Source: Candidatus Omnitrophota bacterium
GTDB lineage: Bacteria > Omnitrophota > Gorgyraeia > 2-01-FULL-45-10
Length of the DNA stretch: 64,000 nt
Direction of reading: 5' to 3'
NCBI GenBank assembly: GCA_041650935.1
Contig: JBAZKH010000004.1
Coordinates: 5,040 to 69,039, forward strand
Shown here: piece by piece, positions 26,799 to 34,989 of the stretch
Numbering within the stretch: position 1 is the stretch's first letter
Layout: every line of letters begins with the position of its first letter
Made by a program: the position numbers and the translations under genes
The notes under the pieces: model-generated
The model's database searches: none
Told to the model about the DNA's origin: nothing
What the model saw: the letters and a program-made list of their open reading frames with translations, nothing else

Positions 26799-27485
26799 AT
26801 GGCGGCGGCATATAAAAGGAAGAATTATTTCATCAATAAACCCTTTCAGCTTAAGTATACCATTCTGATAGTGGGGGCGCTCCTGGCGGTGATGCTTGCG
26901 AGCGGTTTCGGCCTTTATATGGGGATGTGGGGCTCGATAATCGAGAACTTCTCGAAGTTCAAGGTCTCGCAGAGCCTGGAGAACGTGAACCGCATTACCG
27001 ATTACGAGGCGGCGCGCTACCGGAAGGGCGATTACCGTCTGGAGAAGATATTCCGCGAGGCGGAACTCTTGAGCGATCAGGAGCGGACGACACTTAAAGA
27101 GGCGCTCCGTTCCGTCAACAGGTCGCTCGTCCCGAAGATTGTTATCCTCACCGCGTTGATATTCCTCGCCGGGATATTCCTGTCGCACAAGATAGCCGGT
27201 CCCATGTACCGGATAGAGCGGTCGGCCGAGGCGATCCGGCACGGCGACCTGCGGGTGAATTTTAAGATAAGAAAGAATGACGAGATGAAGGATGCCGCCG
27301 CCGCGCTCGAAGAGATGGTCGAGACGCTACATAGCGATGTCAAGAGGATGAAGGCCGAGTCGATCGCCCTCGAAGAGAAGATGGATTCGCTTGTCAAAAT
27401 GGGCGCGATACCCGAAAACGAAATTACCCGCCTGAAAGAGATATTGAACAGCATAGACTCGGTGTTATCGAAATATAAGACGTGA
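26799..27485 (+). CDS. Small two-TM membrane protein with a HAMP domain and a coiled-coil tail, with no output domain.
   Basis: ATG at 26799 with an RBS. The track's longer start at 26703 lies inside the terminator hairpin. AGPMYRIERSAEAIRHGDLRVNFKIRKNDEMKDAAAALEEMVETL is a canonical HAMP domain. The stop overlaps the next gene's start. Confidence 0.6.
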   Translation: MAAAYKRKNYFINKPFQLKYTILIVGALLAVMLASGFGLYMGMWGSIIENFSKFKVSQSLENVNRITDYEAARYRKGDYRLEKIFREAELLSDQERTTLKEALRSVNRSLVPKIVILTALIFLAGIFLSHKIAGPMYRIERSAEAIRHGDLRVNFKIRKNDEMKDAAAALEEMVETLHSDVKRMKAESIALEEKMDSLVKMGAIPENEITRLKEILNSIDSVLSKYKT

Positions 27486-28726
27486 TGAAAAGACCGTTAT
27501 TGACGATATTGCTGATGATGACGATTTTGCCCGCTGTCTCTGCCCATACTGTCCGGGCGGAGGAGCTTTCGTTCCTGGACAAGCTGGAATATGACAGCAT
27601 AAAGTATTTTGCCGGAGAGGCCAACCGGGCAAACGGCCTTATTAAAGACTCATCGCGTCCCGGCGCGCCTGCGAGTGTCGCCGCCGTAGGCTTCGGGTTG
27701 ACCGCGCTCTGTATCGCGGATGCCCGCGGCTGGCTCGAGAGCGGCCAGGCGTACGAACGCGCGCTAAAGACGCTGGTCGCGTTCCGCGACGAGATCCCGA
27801 ACGAGCGCGGTTTCTTCTACCACTTCCTCGACATGAGGACGGGCCAGCGGACCTGGCGGTCGGAGCTCTCCTCGATCGACACGGCGCTCTTCCTGGCCGG
27901 TGCGCTCTTCGCGGGCGAGTATTTCAAAGGGACCGAGGTCGAGACCGTCGCGGGCCAGATATACGACAGGGTCGACTGGCCGTGGATGATGAACGGCCGC
28001 AAAGTTATCTGTATGGGCTGGACGCCCGAAAACGGGTTTCTGCCTTATTATTGGGATTCCTACAGCGAGGCGATGATACTATACGCGCTCGCGATAGGGT
28101 CTGCAACGCACCCGATCGACCCGGAATCGTGGTATGAATGGTCCCGCCCGGCGGATTCATACAAGGGCTACAAACTGATCTACTGTTATACGGGCAGTAT
28201 ATTTACCTACCAGTATTCGCACGCTTGGATAGATTTCCGCGGGCTGGTCGAGAACAGGACGGGCACGGACTATTATGCGAATTCCGCGAATGCCGTAAAA
28301 GCTAACCGCGAATTTTGCATAGATAATTCCGACTTATACAAAAGCTACGGCGCGGATAGCTGGGGCTTGACGGCATGTATCGGACCCGTTGGCTACAAGG
28401 GGTATGGCGCCAAGCCCGGAGAGGCTTTAAACGACGGGACGATAGCCCCGGCGGGCATAGCCGGTTCCATAGTATTCGATTGGCAGGATTCGATAAACGG
28501 CCTGGAGTATCTATACAGGGAGCACGGCGGTTTTCTATATGGGAAGTACGGTTTCAAGGATGCGTTCAATCTCGACAAGACGTGGTGGGCGGAGGAGTAC
28601 CTGGGTATCGATGTGGGCATAACGGTCATAATGGTCGAGAACTATCAGACGGGCCTTGTCTGGGAAAAGTTCATGCAGCTTGAGCCGGTAAAGAAGTGGG
28701 TGAGCCTCTGCTTTTCCAAACGCTAA
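27485..28726 (+). CDS. Secreted DUF3131/GH144-like glycoside hydrolase (putative endo-β-1,2-glucanase-like).
   Basis: ATG overlaps the upstream stop (tgATG); an alternative GTG lies at 27482. Signal peptide MKRPLLTILLMMTILPAVSAHTVRA. Motifs SSIDTALFLAGALFAGEYF, YQYSHAWIDFRG and YGFKDAFNLDKTWWAEEYLGIDVGITVIMVENYQ are shared with the other GH144-like proteins here. Confidence 0.8.
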   Translation: MKRPLLTILLMMTILPAVSAHTVRAEELSFLDKLEYDSIKYFAGEANRANGLIKDSSRPGAPASVAAVGFGLTALCIADARGWLESGQAYERALKTLVAFRDEIPNERGFFYHFLDMRTGQRTWRSELSSIDTALFLAGALFAGEYFKGTEVETVAGQIYDRVDWPWMMNGRKVICMGWTPENGFLPYYWDSYSEAMILYALAIGSATHPIDPESWYEWSRPADSYKGYKLIYCYTGSIFTYQYSHAWIDFRGLVENRTGTDYYANSANAVKANREFCIDNSDLYKSYGADSWGLTACIGPVGYKGYGAKPGEALNDGTIAPAGIAGSIVFDWQDSINGLEYLYREHGGFLYGKYGFKDAFNLDKTWWAEEYLGIDVGITVIMVENYQTGLVWEKFMQLEPVKKWVSLCFSKR

Positions 28727-28742
28727 GATCCTGCCAGGAGGC

Positions 28743-28770
28743 TTGACAAATATACAATATATGATAAGAT
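28743..28770 (+). promoter_or_regulatory. σ70-like promoter giving a near-leaderless transcript for the outer-membrane protein gene.
   Basis: -35 TTGACA (28743-28748), a 16-nt spacer, then extended -10 TGaTAAGAT (28762-28770). The predicted TSS is about 28777, 2 nt before the ATG at 28779. Confidence 0.45.
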
Positions 28771-28778
28771 TAATAAAA

Positions 28779-30128
28779 ATGAAGATATTAGCCATTACCT
28801 TTTGTGCCATCCTTTTCGCAAGCCCCGTCTTTTGCGCGGATGGCACTACCGTCTCCTCTGTGGAACCCGATATCCCGCCTGCCAAAGGAATAACTATTAC
28901 CAAGAACGGCATGATTAAAGAAGTTACGCCCGTAGAAGAACCGGTCCTCAAGAGGATAGATATAAATAAGATAGGCGTTACGCCTTACTATCCTACCTTC
29001 GAAGGATTGAGGCTGGCGAAGTACTTTACCGTCGCCCAGCGTGTGGAAATATTCCAGGAGCCGCGGCCGATCGACTCGTATATCCTGGATGCCAAGAAGA
29101 TCCGATGGCTGCACTGGAACCAGCCCTGGAACTGCGATGATAATTACAGGCTCCAGATAGTGCCTATATTTACAAGGGCCTACGGCACCGAAATTACGAT
29201 GAGCGACCCCCGGAATAAAGATGCCCAGTGGCGCTACACGCACGATTACCGCGATATATACCAGAACCAGTTCCCCATCTATCGCCTGAACCCCCGGCAG
29301 CTTACGCAGTTTACGGGGGTAGATACCCCTTACAGGATAAATACCAATTATAAACGTGAAGAATGGGACCAGAATGAGATACTCTGGATGTACGCTAAGA
29401 GGATCGAGCCTATAGATTGGCTCACGACGCTCAACTTCGGCTACCGGTATTCGACGATGGACGCCAAGAATGATGGTTCGACATCTTCCTATTACGAGAA
29501 CAGGCATACTTATTTTACATATTTTTCGGTGGCGCCTACCAATACATGCGAATTATTTGGACAGTTCGAATATTTTAAATCCAAGCGCCCGCACGCCGCC
29601 TTTATCTACAGCCCGGACCACTTCTTCTATGCCGGTGAGCTGAGGATGAAGTCTGCCGACATGAAGACGAGCGTTATACCCAGGATGAGCTATTCGATCG
29701 ATTACTACTGGCCTACCAAGAATACGTTCAGTAAATACGAGATGCAGATAAGGGCCGGCCACGAATTTACGCCGAAATTGAGCTGGACGAATACGGTCAG
29801 GGCCAATTTCGCTTTCAGGGACGAGCCCGATAACATGGCCCCTATGTATACGCGCCGGGGCGCTAACCCCGTACACGATATGGCGGGCTGGGTCGGAGAC
29901 GAAGTGCGCTTACAGTATAATTTCTACGACAAACTATGGTACCAGGGCGGCGTCGATTACGCGGCCGGTACGAACATGTGCGATTTCGACAACGGCGGCT
30001 TCCTGGCGGGCCTTGAATATTACGCGCCCGGGCTTATCAGGGTCGACGTCGGCTATAGGGGTAATTACTACTATAACATATCGGATTACCTCTCCTCGAT
30101 ATATTTCAAAGTTTACTTCTTCATGTAG
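28779..30128 (+). CDS. Outer-membrane β-barrel-like protein (putative glycan porin or OMP).
   Basis: Signal peptide MKILAITFCAILFASPVFCADG. The mature part is Tyr/Gly/Asn-rich with alternating hydrophobic patterning and an aromatic C-terminus ...YFKVYFFM. The start is chosen because the TTG at 28743 and the ATG at 28761 sit inside the promoter elements. Confidence 0.55.
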   Translation: MKILAITFCAILFASPVFCADGTTVSSVEPDIPPAKGITITKNGMIKEVTPVEEPVLKRIDINKIGVTPYYPTFEGLRLAKYFTVAQRVEIFQEPRPIDSYILDAKKIRWLHWNQPWNCDDNYRLQIVPIFTRAYGTEITMSDPRNKDAQWRYTHDYRDIYQNQFPIYRLNPRQLTQFTGVDTPYRINTNYKREEWDQNEILWMYAKRIEPIDWLTTLNFGYRYSTMDAKNDGSTSSYYENRHTYFTYFSVAPTNTCELFGQFEYFKSKRPHAAFIYSPDHFFYAGELRMKSADMKTSVIPRMSYSIDYYWPTKNTFSKYEMQIRAGHEFTPKLSWTNTVRANFAFRDEPDNMAPMYTRRGANPVHDMAGWVGDEVRLQYNFYDKLWYQGGVDYAAGTNMCDFDNGGFLAGLEYYAPGLIRVDVGYRGNYYYNISDYLSSIYFKVYFFM

Positions 30129-30163
30129 AATAGTGTAGCCTATGTAATAATGTCATGGCAATC

Positions 30164-30191
30164 TGCAGGGCACACTTAAGTGTGCCCTGCA
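30164..30191. repeat. Palindrome family C copy 1: tgcagggcacacttaagtgtgccctgca.
   Basis: A perfect 28-nt palindrome between the OMP and SBP genes, preceded by aatagtgta...gtaataat. It is related to 47121-47152. Confidence 0.6.
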
Positions 30192-30208
30192 AAATTAGAG
30201 GGCCTTTT

Positions 30209-31498
30209 GTGAATAGAAAACTCGCAGCGACAGTTTTTACGGCGCTCTTTTTGTTTTGCTTTTCCGGATGCGCCAAAGAAGGGGGCCTGTCCCAGGGCGC
30301 GGCAAAGCCCGTAGAGATCGAAGTGGCGTTCTGGGGCGCGCCCGACGAGATAAATATCATAACGGGCATGATAGAGCGGTGGCAGGCCAAGCACCCCGAG
30401 ATACTCGTAAAGCTTCAGCATACCCCTTACCGCGGTTATGTGGATAAACTCCTCACAAGAATAGCCGGCCGCGCCGCGCCGGACATCATCTGCACCGAGG
30501 TCGATCTATTCGTTACGTTCCAGACGAAGAATGTCCTGCTCCCCCTCGACGAATATGTAAAGAACGACCCGGAGTTCGACGCCAAAGCCTTTTATCCCGA
30601 GATAATAAAGAGATTCACCGTCGGCGGTAAGTTATACGCCATGCCCAGGGATACCGCTCCGTTTGCCTGCGTATATTATAATAAGAAGTTATTCGACGAG
30701 GCGGGCGTGCCTTATCCTTCGGATGATTGGGATGTAAATGATATGCTCGATAAGGCCAAGCGGCTTACCAAATATGATAAGGACGGCAGGGTCACGCAAT
30801 ACGGGTTCTACGCCTGGGCGTGGCAGAATTTTGTCTACGCCTTCGGCGGGAGCCTGGTCGACGATGTTAAGGCTCCCACAAGGTGCACGCTCGATTCGAA
30901 AGAGGCTGTAGCGGGACTACAGTTCTACGCCGACCTCATAAATAAACACAAGGTCCATCCGTCCTCGATAGCGATGACGAACCTGGCTATGGGCGTTCAG
31001 GCGATGTTCATGACGGGCAGGCTCGCGATGTTCTCGTCGGGCATCTGGGAGACTCCGGGCCTGAGGAAGACGAAAGAGTTCGATTGGGATGTCGCCATGT
31101 TTCCGAAAGGCTCGAAAGGCGTACGCGGCATGGGAACGGGCGGATCCGGTTACTGCATACTTAATACAACGCGGCATCCGAAAGAAGCCTACCAGGTCAT
31201 AAAGGCCCTGACGGGTAAAGACGCCGAGAGCATGCTCGCGGATACGGGACTTGCCCAGCCGGCGCTTGTCGAGATAGCTCAAGGCGTTCACTGGCTCGGC
31301 AGCGACCTGCCGCCCAGGAACAAGCGGATGCTCGACGAGGCGATGAAGTACGTCGTCTATTCCCCATTCCACCCCAAATGGAGGGAACTCCAGGACCTTT
31401 ACATCAATCCCCAATTCGACCTGCTATTCAGCGGAAAACGGACGGCCGCGGAAGCGGTAGCCGGCTTCATCAAGAAAGTAAATGACTCCCTTAAATGA
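30209..31498 (+). CDS. Extracellular solute-binding lipoprotein of a carbohydrate ABC transporter (family 1 SBP).
   Basis: GTG at 30209 with RBS AGAGGG at 30197-30202. The track's ATG at 30155 lies before the palindrome. Lipobox ...LFCFSGC. Typical sugar-SBP sequence features (...GGKLYAMPRDTAP..., ...FSSGIWE...). Confidence 0.8.
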   Translation: MNRKLAATVFTALFLFCFSGCAKEGGLSQGAAKPVEIEVAFWGAPDEINIITGMIERWQAKHPEILVKLQHTPYRGYVDKLLTRIAGRAAPDIICTEVDLFVTFQTKNVLLPLDEYVKNDPEFDAKAFYPEIIKRFTVGGKLYAMPRDTAPFACVYYNKKLFDEAGVPYPSDDWDVNDMLDKAKRLTKYDKDGRVTQYGFYAWAWQNFVYAFGGSLVDDVKAPTRCTLDSKEAVAGLQFYADLINKHKVHPSSIAMTNLAMGVQAMFMTGRLAMFSSGIWETPGLRKTKEFDWDVAMFPKGSKGVRGMGTGGSGYCILNTTRHPKEAYQVIKALTGKDAESMLADTGLAQPALVEIAQGVHWLGSDLPPRNKRMLDEAMKYVVYSPFHPKWRELQDLYINPQFDLLFSGKRTAAEAVAGFIKKVNDSLK

Positions 31499-33867
31499 GT
31501 AAATTCAAGACCAGATACGGCTATTTTACCGATGACGGGAAAGAGTTTGTCATAACCCGTCCCGATACGCCGCGGCCGTGGATAAATATACTCTCGAACG
31601 GCAGTTACGGGGCAATTATGTCGCAGACGGGCTCCGGTTACAGCTGGTGGAGAAATTCCGCCGTTGCCAGGATGACCCGCTGGTTCCAGGACCTTGTGTG
31701 CGACGACATGGGCAGGTATATCTTTATAAAGGACCGCGGCAATAAGAATTTTTGGTCGCTTGCCTGGAAGCCGCTATGCCCGAAATTCGATTTTTACGAG
31801 GTACGTAACGGCATAGGTTACACTACGATTACTTCGAAGCTATACGATATACGGGCTTCCGAGACGGTCTTTATCCCGCCGGACGAGGATCTTGAGATAT
31901 GGCGGATAACGATAAGGAACGAGGGCCCGCGCAAGCGGCGGCTAAGCCTTATAACATACCTCGAGTGGTGCCTCGGCAATTCCGACGATACCCACCGGGA
32001 ATTCCAGAAGACTTTCATAGCGACCCGGTTCGATAAAAATTTAAATGCCATATTTGCGCGGAAGAAGAAACATCTCGTCCCAAAATATATATCGACGGGC
32101 ATGGCCGAATATCCGCTTTCCGGGTTCGCGTCCATAAGCAAAAAGTGCGCTTCTTACGAAGGCGATAAGGAACGGTTCTTCGGCCTGTACAGGTCGATAG
32201 CCAATCCCGTTGCGCTTGAGAATGATAAGCTTTCGAATACCGTCGGAGAATGGTATGATCCGATTTCGAGTCTCCAGGTAAATATCGACCTGAAGCCCGG
32301 CGAAAAGAAGACGATTATCTATACGATCGGCCACATGGCCGATGAGCGGACGGCGAGGGCCATGATCAGGAAGTACCATAGCGTCAAAGCCGCCGATAAG
32401 GCATTTGAAAGGACGAAGAAGTTCTGGGCCGATCTCTTCGCGGGGCTCGAAGTCAAGACTCCCGACGACGCGTTCAATATCCTTACGAATAGATGGCTCA
32501 AATACCAGACGATCGCCGGCAGGCTGTGGGCAAAGACGGCGTATTACCAGTTCTCCGGCGGTACCGGCTTCAGGGACCAGCTGCAGGATTCGCAGGTCTT
32601 CCTTCCCCTGAGGCCTGCGCTATGCAAGAAGCAGATACTGGAGCACGCCGGGCATCAATTTAAAGACGGCACGGTCCACCACTGGTGGCACCAGCTTACG
32701 AAGATAGGCGCGCCTACGGATATGACGGATAACCTTCTCTGGATGGTCTATATACTATTGAGTTATCTCGAGGAGACAAAAGATTTCGGCGCCCTGGACG
32801 AGCGGATAGCGTATCTGGACGGCCCGGCGGGCACTCTCTACGAACATTGCTGTAAGGCCATAGACAGGGTTCTCTCGCGCTTTTCTAAGCGCGGCCTGCC
32901 GCTAATCGGAGCGGGCGACTGGAATGACGGGTTTAACCTCATCGGGGCGGGTTGGAAGGGCGAGAGCACGTGGCTCGGGCAGTTCCTCTACGGCATCCTT
33001 ATTAAATTCGCGGATATCGCCGGGAGACGGAAGGACAGGAAGCGGGCGAGGAGTTACATTGCCCGCGCGCGGCGGCTCAAAGACGCTGTAAACAGGTATT
33101 GCTGGGATGGGGAATGGTACTTTGCCGCGACAAGAGATGACGGAAAAGTCGTAGGCAGCCGCAAGTGTAAAGAAGGTAAAATATATCTTATGACTCAGAC
33201 CTGGGGTGTCTTTAACGACGTCTCGACCGAGGAACGCAAAGTTAAGTCGATGAACTCCGTCTGGAAGCGCCTGCAAAAAGAGTACGGCCCGCTTTTAATA
33301 GCGCCCGGTTTCACGGTCCCTGACGAACATATCGGCTACATTACGCGGTATGCTCCAGGAGTGCGGGAGAACGGCGCTGTCTATACGCACGCGGCGTGCT
33401 GGGCGGTATTGGCGGAGTGCGTGCTCGGCCGCGGCGACAGGGCATACGAAATGTACTCGAGTTTCTGCCCGGTAAAGCGCGGTATGGATCCCGACCTCTA
33501 CAAGTGCGAGCCGTACGTTACCCCCGGTAATACAAACGGCCCGCAGGCCGCCGATTACGGCGCGGGCGGATGGACCTGGTATTCGGGTTCCGGCGGCTGG
33601 CTCTACAGGGTATCGACCAACTGGATCCTTGGCGTGCGGCCGACTTACGAGGGGCTGCTCATCGATCCGTGTATCCCTTCGAAATGGGATGGTTTCACAA
33701 TGAAACGGCGATACGGCAACGCTACATATAATATCGAAGTGAAGAATCCGCGGCATCTTTCGCGAGGCGTCAAGGAAGTTTTTCTAGACGGAAAAATGCA
33801 AAATTCCAACCTGATAAAAGACTTGAGCGATGATAAACCCCACCATATCAAGATCATCCTTGGTTAA
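31495..33867 (+). CDS. GH94 family glycoside phosphorylase, probably a cytoplasmic β-1,2-oligoglucan / cellobiose-type phosphorylase.
   Basis: ATGA overlap with the SBP stop. N-terminus MSKFKTRYGYFTDDGKEFVITRPDTPRPWINILSNGSYG is typical of GH94. GTGFRDQLQD at 32566-32589. Catalytic-acid motif GDWNDG at 32914-32931. No signal peptide. Confidence 0.85.
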   Translation: MSKFKTRYGYFTDDGKEFVITRPDTPRPWINILSNGSYGAIMSQTGSGYSWWRNSAVARMTRWFQDLVCDDMGRYIFIKDRGNKNFWSLAWKPLCPKFDFYEVRNGIGYTTITSKLYDIRASETVFIPPDEDLEIWRITIRNEGPRKRRLSLITYLEWCLGNSDDTHREFQKTFIATRFDKNLNAIFARKKKHLVPKYISTGMAEYPLSGFASISKKCASYEGDKERFFGLYRSIANPVALENDKLSNTVGEWYDPISSLQVNIDLKPGEKKTIIYTIGHMADERTARAMIRKYHSVKAADKAFERTKKFWADLFAGLEVKTPDDAFNILTNRWLKYQTIAGRLWAKTAYYQFSGGTGFRDQLQDSQVFLPLRPALCKKQILEHAGHQFKDGTVHHWWHQLTKIGAPTDMTDNLLWMVYILLSYLEETKDFGALDERIAYLDGPAGTLYEHCCKAIDRVLSRFSKRGLPLIGAGDWNDGFNLIGAGWKGESTWLGQFLYGILIKFADIAGRRKDRKRARSYIARARRLKDAVNRYCWDGEWYFAATRDDGKVVGSRKCKEGKIYLMTQTWGVFNDVSTEERKVKSMNSVWKRLQKEYGPLLIAPGFTVPDEHIGYITRYAPGVRENGAVYTHAACWAVLAECVLGRGDRAYEMYSSFCPVKRGMDPDLYKCEPYVTPGNTNGPQAADYGAGGWTWYSGSGGWLYRVSTNWILGVRPTYEGLLIDPCIPSKWDGFTMKRRYGNATYNIEVKNPRHLSRGVKEVFLDGKMQNSNLIKDLSDDKPHHIKIILG

Positions 33868-33878
33868 TTACCATGTCC

Positions 33879-33910
33879 TTGCCGGGTGAATTCACCCGGC
33901 AAATTTTTTT
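33879..33910. repeat. REP family A copy 2 (ttgccgggtgaattcacccggcaa) plus a T7 run. It acts as the terminator for the GH94 gene and contains the RAYT stop codon.
   Basis: The palindrome is at 33879-33902 and TTTTTTT at 33904-33910. On the minus strand the RAYT reading frame ends ...KKFAG-TGA inside the REP. Confidence 0.7.
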
Positions 33911-34554
33911 GAGATTGCTGTTTGTCTCTGATATTCAATGTTTTCCTTAACAAACTTTTCGTAACTAGTACTATCCAGAGTTAAATATTCACCAAAATTA
34001 CATATTTTTTCATGAGAATCAATAGATCCTATGTATTCTTTGAAGGAAGAATACTTCCAATCTTCAGGGTTTTCAACAAGATATGCTGTGACTGGATTTA
34101 AGTGAAGGTAGCGGGTGAGGTGCAGTAATTGTTCGTCATTTTTTATTAAAACATTACCGAATCGGTTTTCCCATAATGGCCCCTTACGCTCATACTTTAT
34201 ATTGAAGTATCTACTATAGCTATTTAATATATGCCGCATATAATTCGATATTCCATCTTGACGAACTTCTTTTAGAACTAGATGGATGTGCGTGGGCATA
34301 ATACAATAACAAACAAGGTTGGTGCATTGCGGAGAAGGGTTGGATGCTAGAAATTCATCTTTTGCTTTTGCGTCAGCACAGATTTTACGAAATTCACGAA
34401 AAGTACAGGGAGATTTATCGTGTAAATAGAAACGGATCAGATCCAAAATTAATCGATAATCATTTTCGTTATTGAATATTTTAAAATCAGCGATGCTTTT
34501 ATTATATACATGATATAAGCCATCCATAAACAACGGAATCTCTCGTATTGGCAT
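33892..34554 (-). CDS. REP-associated tyrosine transposase (RAYT; IS200/IS605 TnpA-like Y1 HUH enzyme).
   Basis: HUH motif CYCIMPTHIHLVL and the catalytic-Tyr helix ...HLTRYLHLNPV (YxxxNP). AGGAGG RBS 5 nt upstream of the ATG (34554). Flanked by REP-A copies. The gene is markedly AT-rich relative to its neighbours. Confidence 0.8.
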   Translation of the reverse strand: MPIREIPLFMDGLYHVYNKSIADFKIFNNENDYRLILDLIRFYLHDKSPCTFREFRKICADAKAKDEFLASNPSPQCTNLVCYCIMPTHIHLVLKEVRQDGISNYMRHILNSYSRYFNIKYERKGPLWENRFGNVLIKNDEQLLHLTRYLHLNPVTAYLVENPEDWKYSSFKEYIGSIDSHEKICNFGEYLTLDSTSYEKFVKENIEYQRQTAISKKFAG

Positions 34555-34969
34555 AACATCCTCCTGTTTTATTCTTACTTTTACCCTTACTCTTGCCGGG
34601 TGAATTCACCCGGCAAGAGTAAGGTCTCTCATCTATAAGGACGCAAAAAGGGGCAAATTTGTTGCAATTTTTTTTAAATAAGCTTACTTCGAATTTTTCC
34701 CCGACGGGAAATGAATGTTGTGTAACTCTGATAGTGCACAGATATGTTACGCAGTCCAAATTCGTTAAGATTTCAAAAAGATAGACTTTGCTGCTTGACA
34801 AACTTCCCTTATATGCTAAACTAAACACAATGTCGCCCTCCTTCGCTAACTGACTTAAGATAACGGAAAGCTTCGGAGGGTGTTCTAATACAGAAAACAA
34901 TAACGAATGCTTGGCAAAGTTGCCAGGCATTTTTGTTTTATAAGTAAAGTAATTTATTAAGTCAGTCAA
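34502..34969 (-). CDS. Hypothetical small protein upstream of the RAYT on the same strand. Doubtful.
   Basis: A 155-codon ORF, mostly in the AT-rich spacer where random ORFs are rare. It reads through REP-A3 and overlaps the RAYT start by 52 nt. No recognisable motifs. Confidence 0.15.
   Translation of the reverse strand: MTDLINYFTYKTKMPGNFAKHSLLFSVLEHPPKLSVILSQLAKEGDIVFSLAYKGSLSSSKVYLFEILTNLDCVTYLCTIRVTQHSFPVGEKFEVSLFKKNCNKFAPFCVLIDERPYSCRVNSPGKSKGKSKNKTGGCYANTRDSVVYGWLISCI
34585..34624. repeat. REP family A copy 3: a 40-nt perfect palindrome ccttactcttgccgggtgaattcacccggcaagagtaagg.
   Basis: It lies 31 nt upstream of the RAYT start and completes the REP-RAYT-REP arrangement. Confidence 0.75.
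34795..34822 (+). promoter_or_regulatory. σ70-like promoter candidate for ORF3, implying a leader of about 160 nt.
   Basis: -35 TTGACA (34795-34800), a 16-nt spacer, then extended -10 TGcTAAACT (34814-34822). The architecture matches the ORF2 promoter. Confidence 0.35.
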
Positions 34970-34989
34970 ACCTGAGGAGCAGACTAATA

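Noticed and set aside
30164-30191. Palindrome family C copies (also 47121-47152) as rho-independent terminators.
   Set aside because: Neither is followed by a T-run on the plus strand (aaaatt and aatgtg follow). They are reported as repeats or possible structural elements instead.
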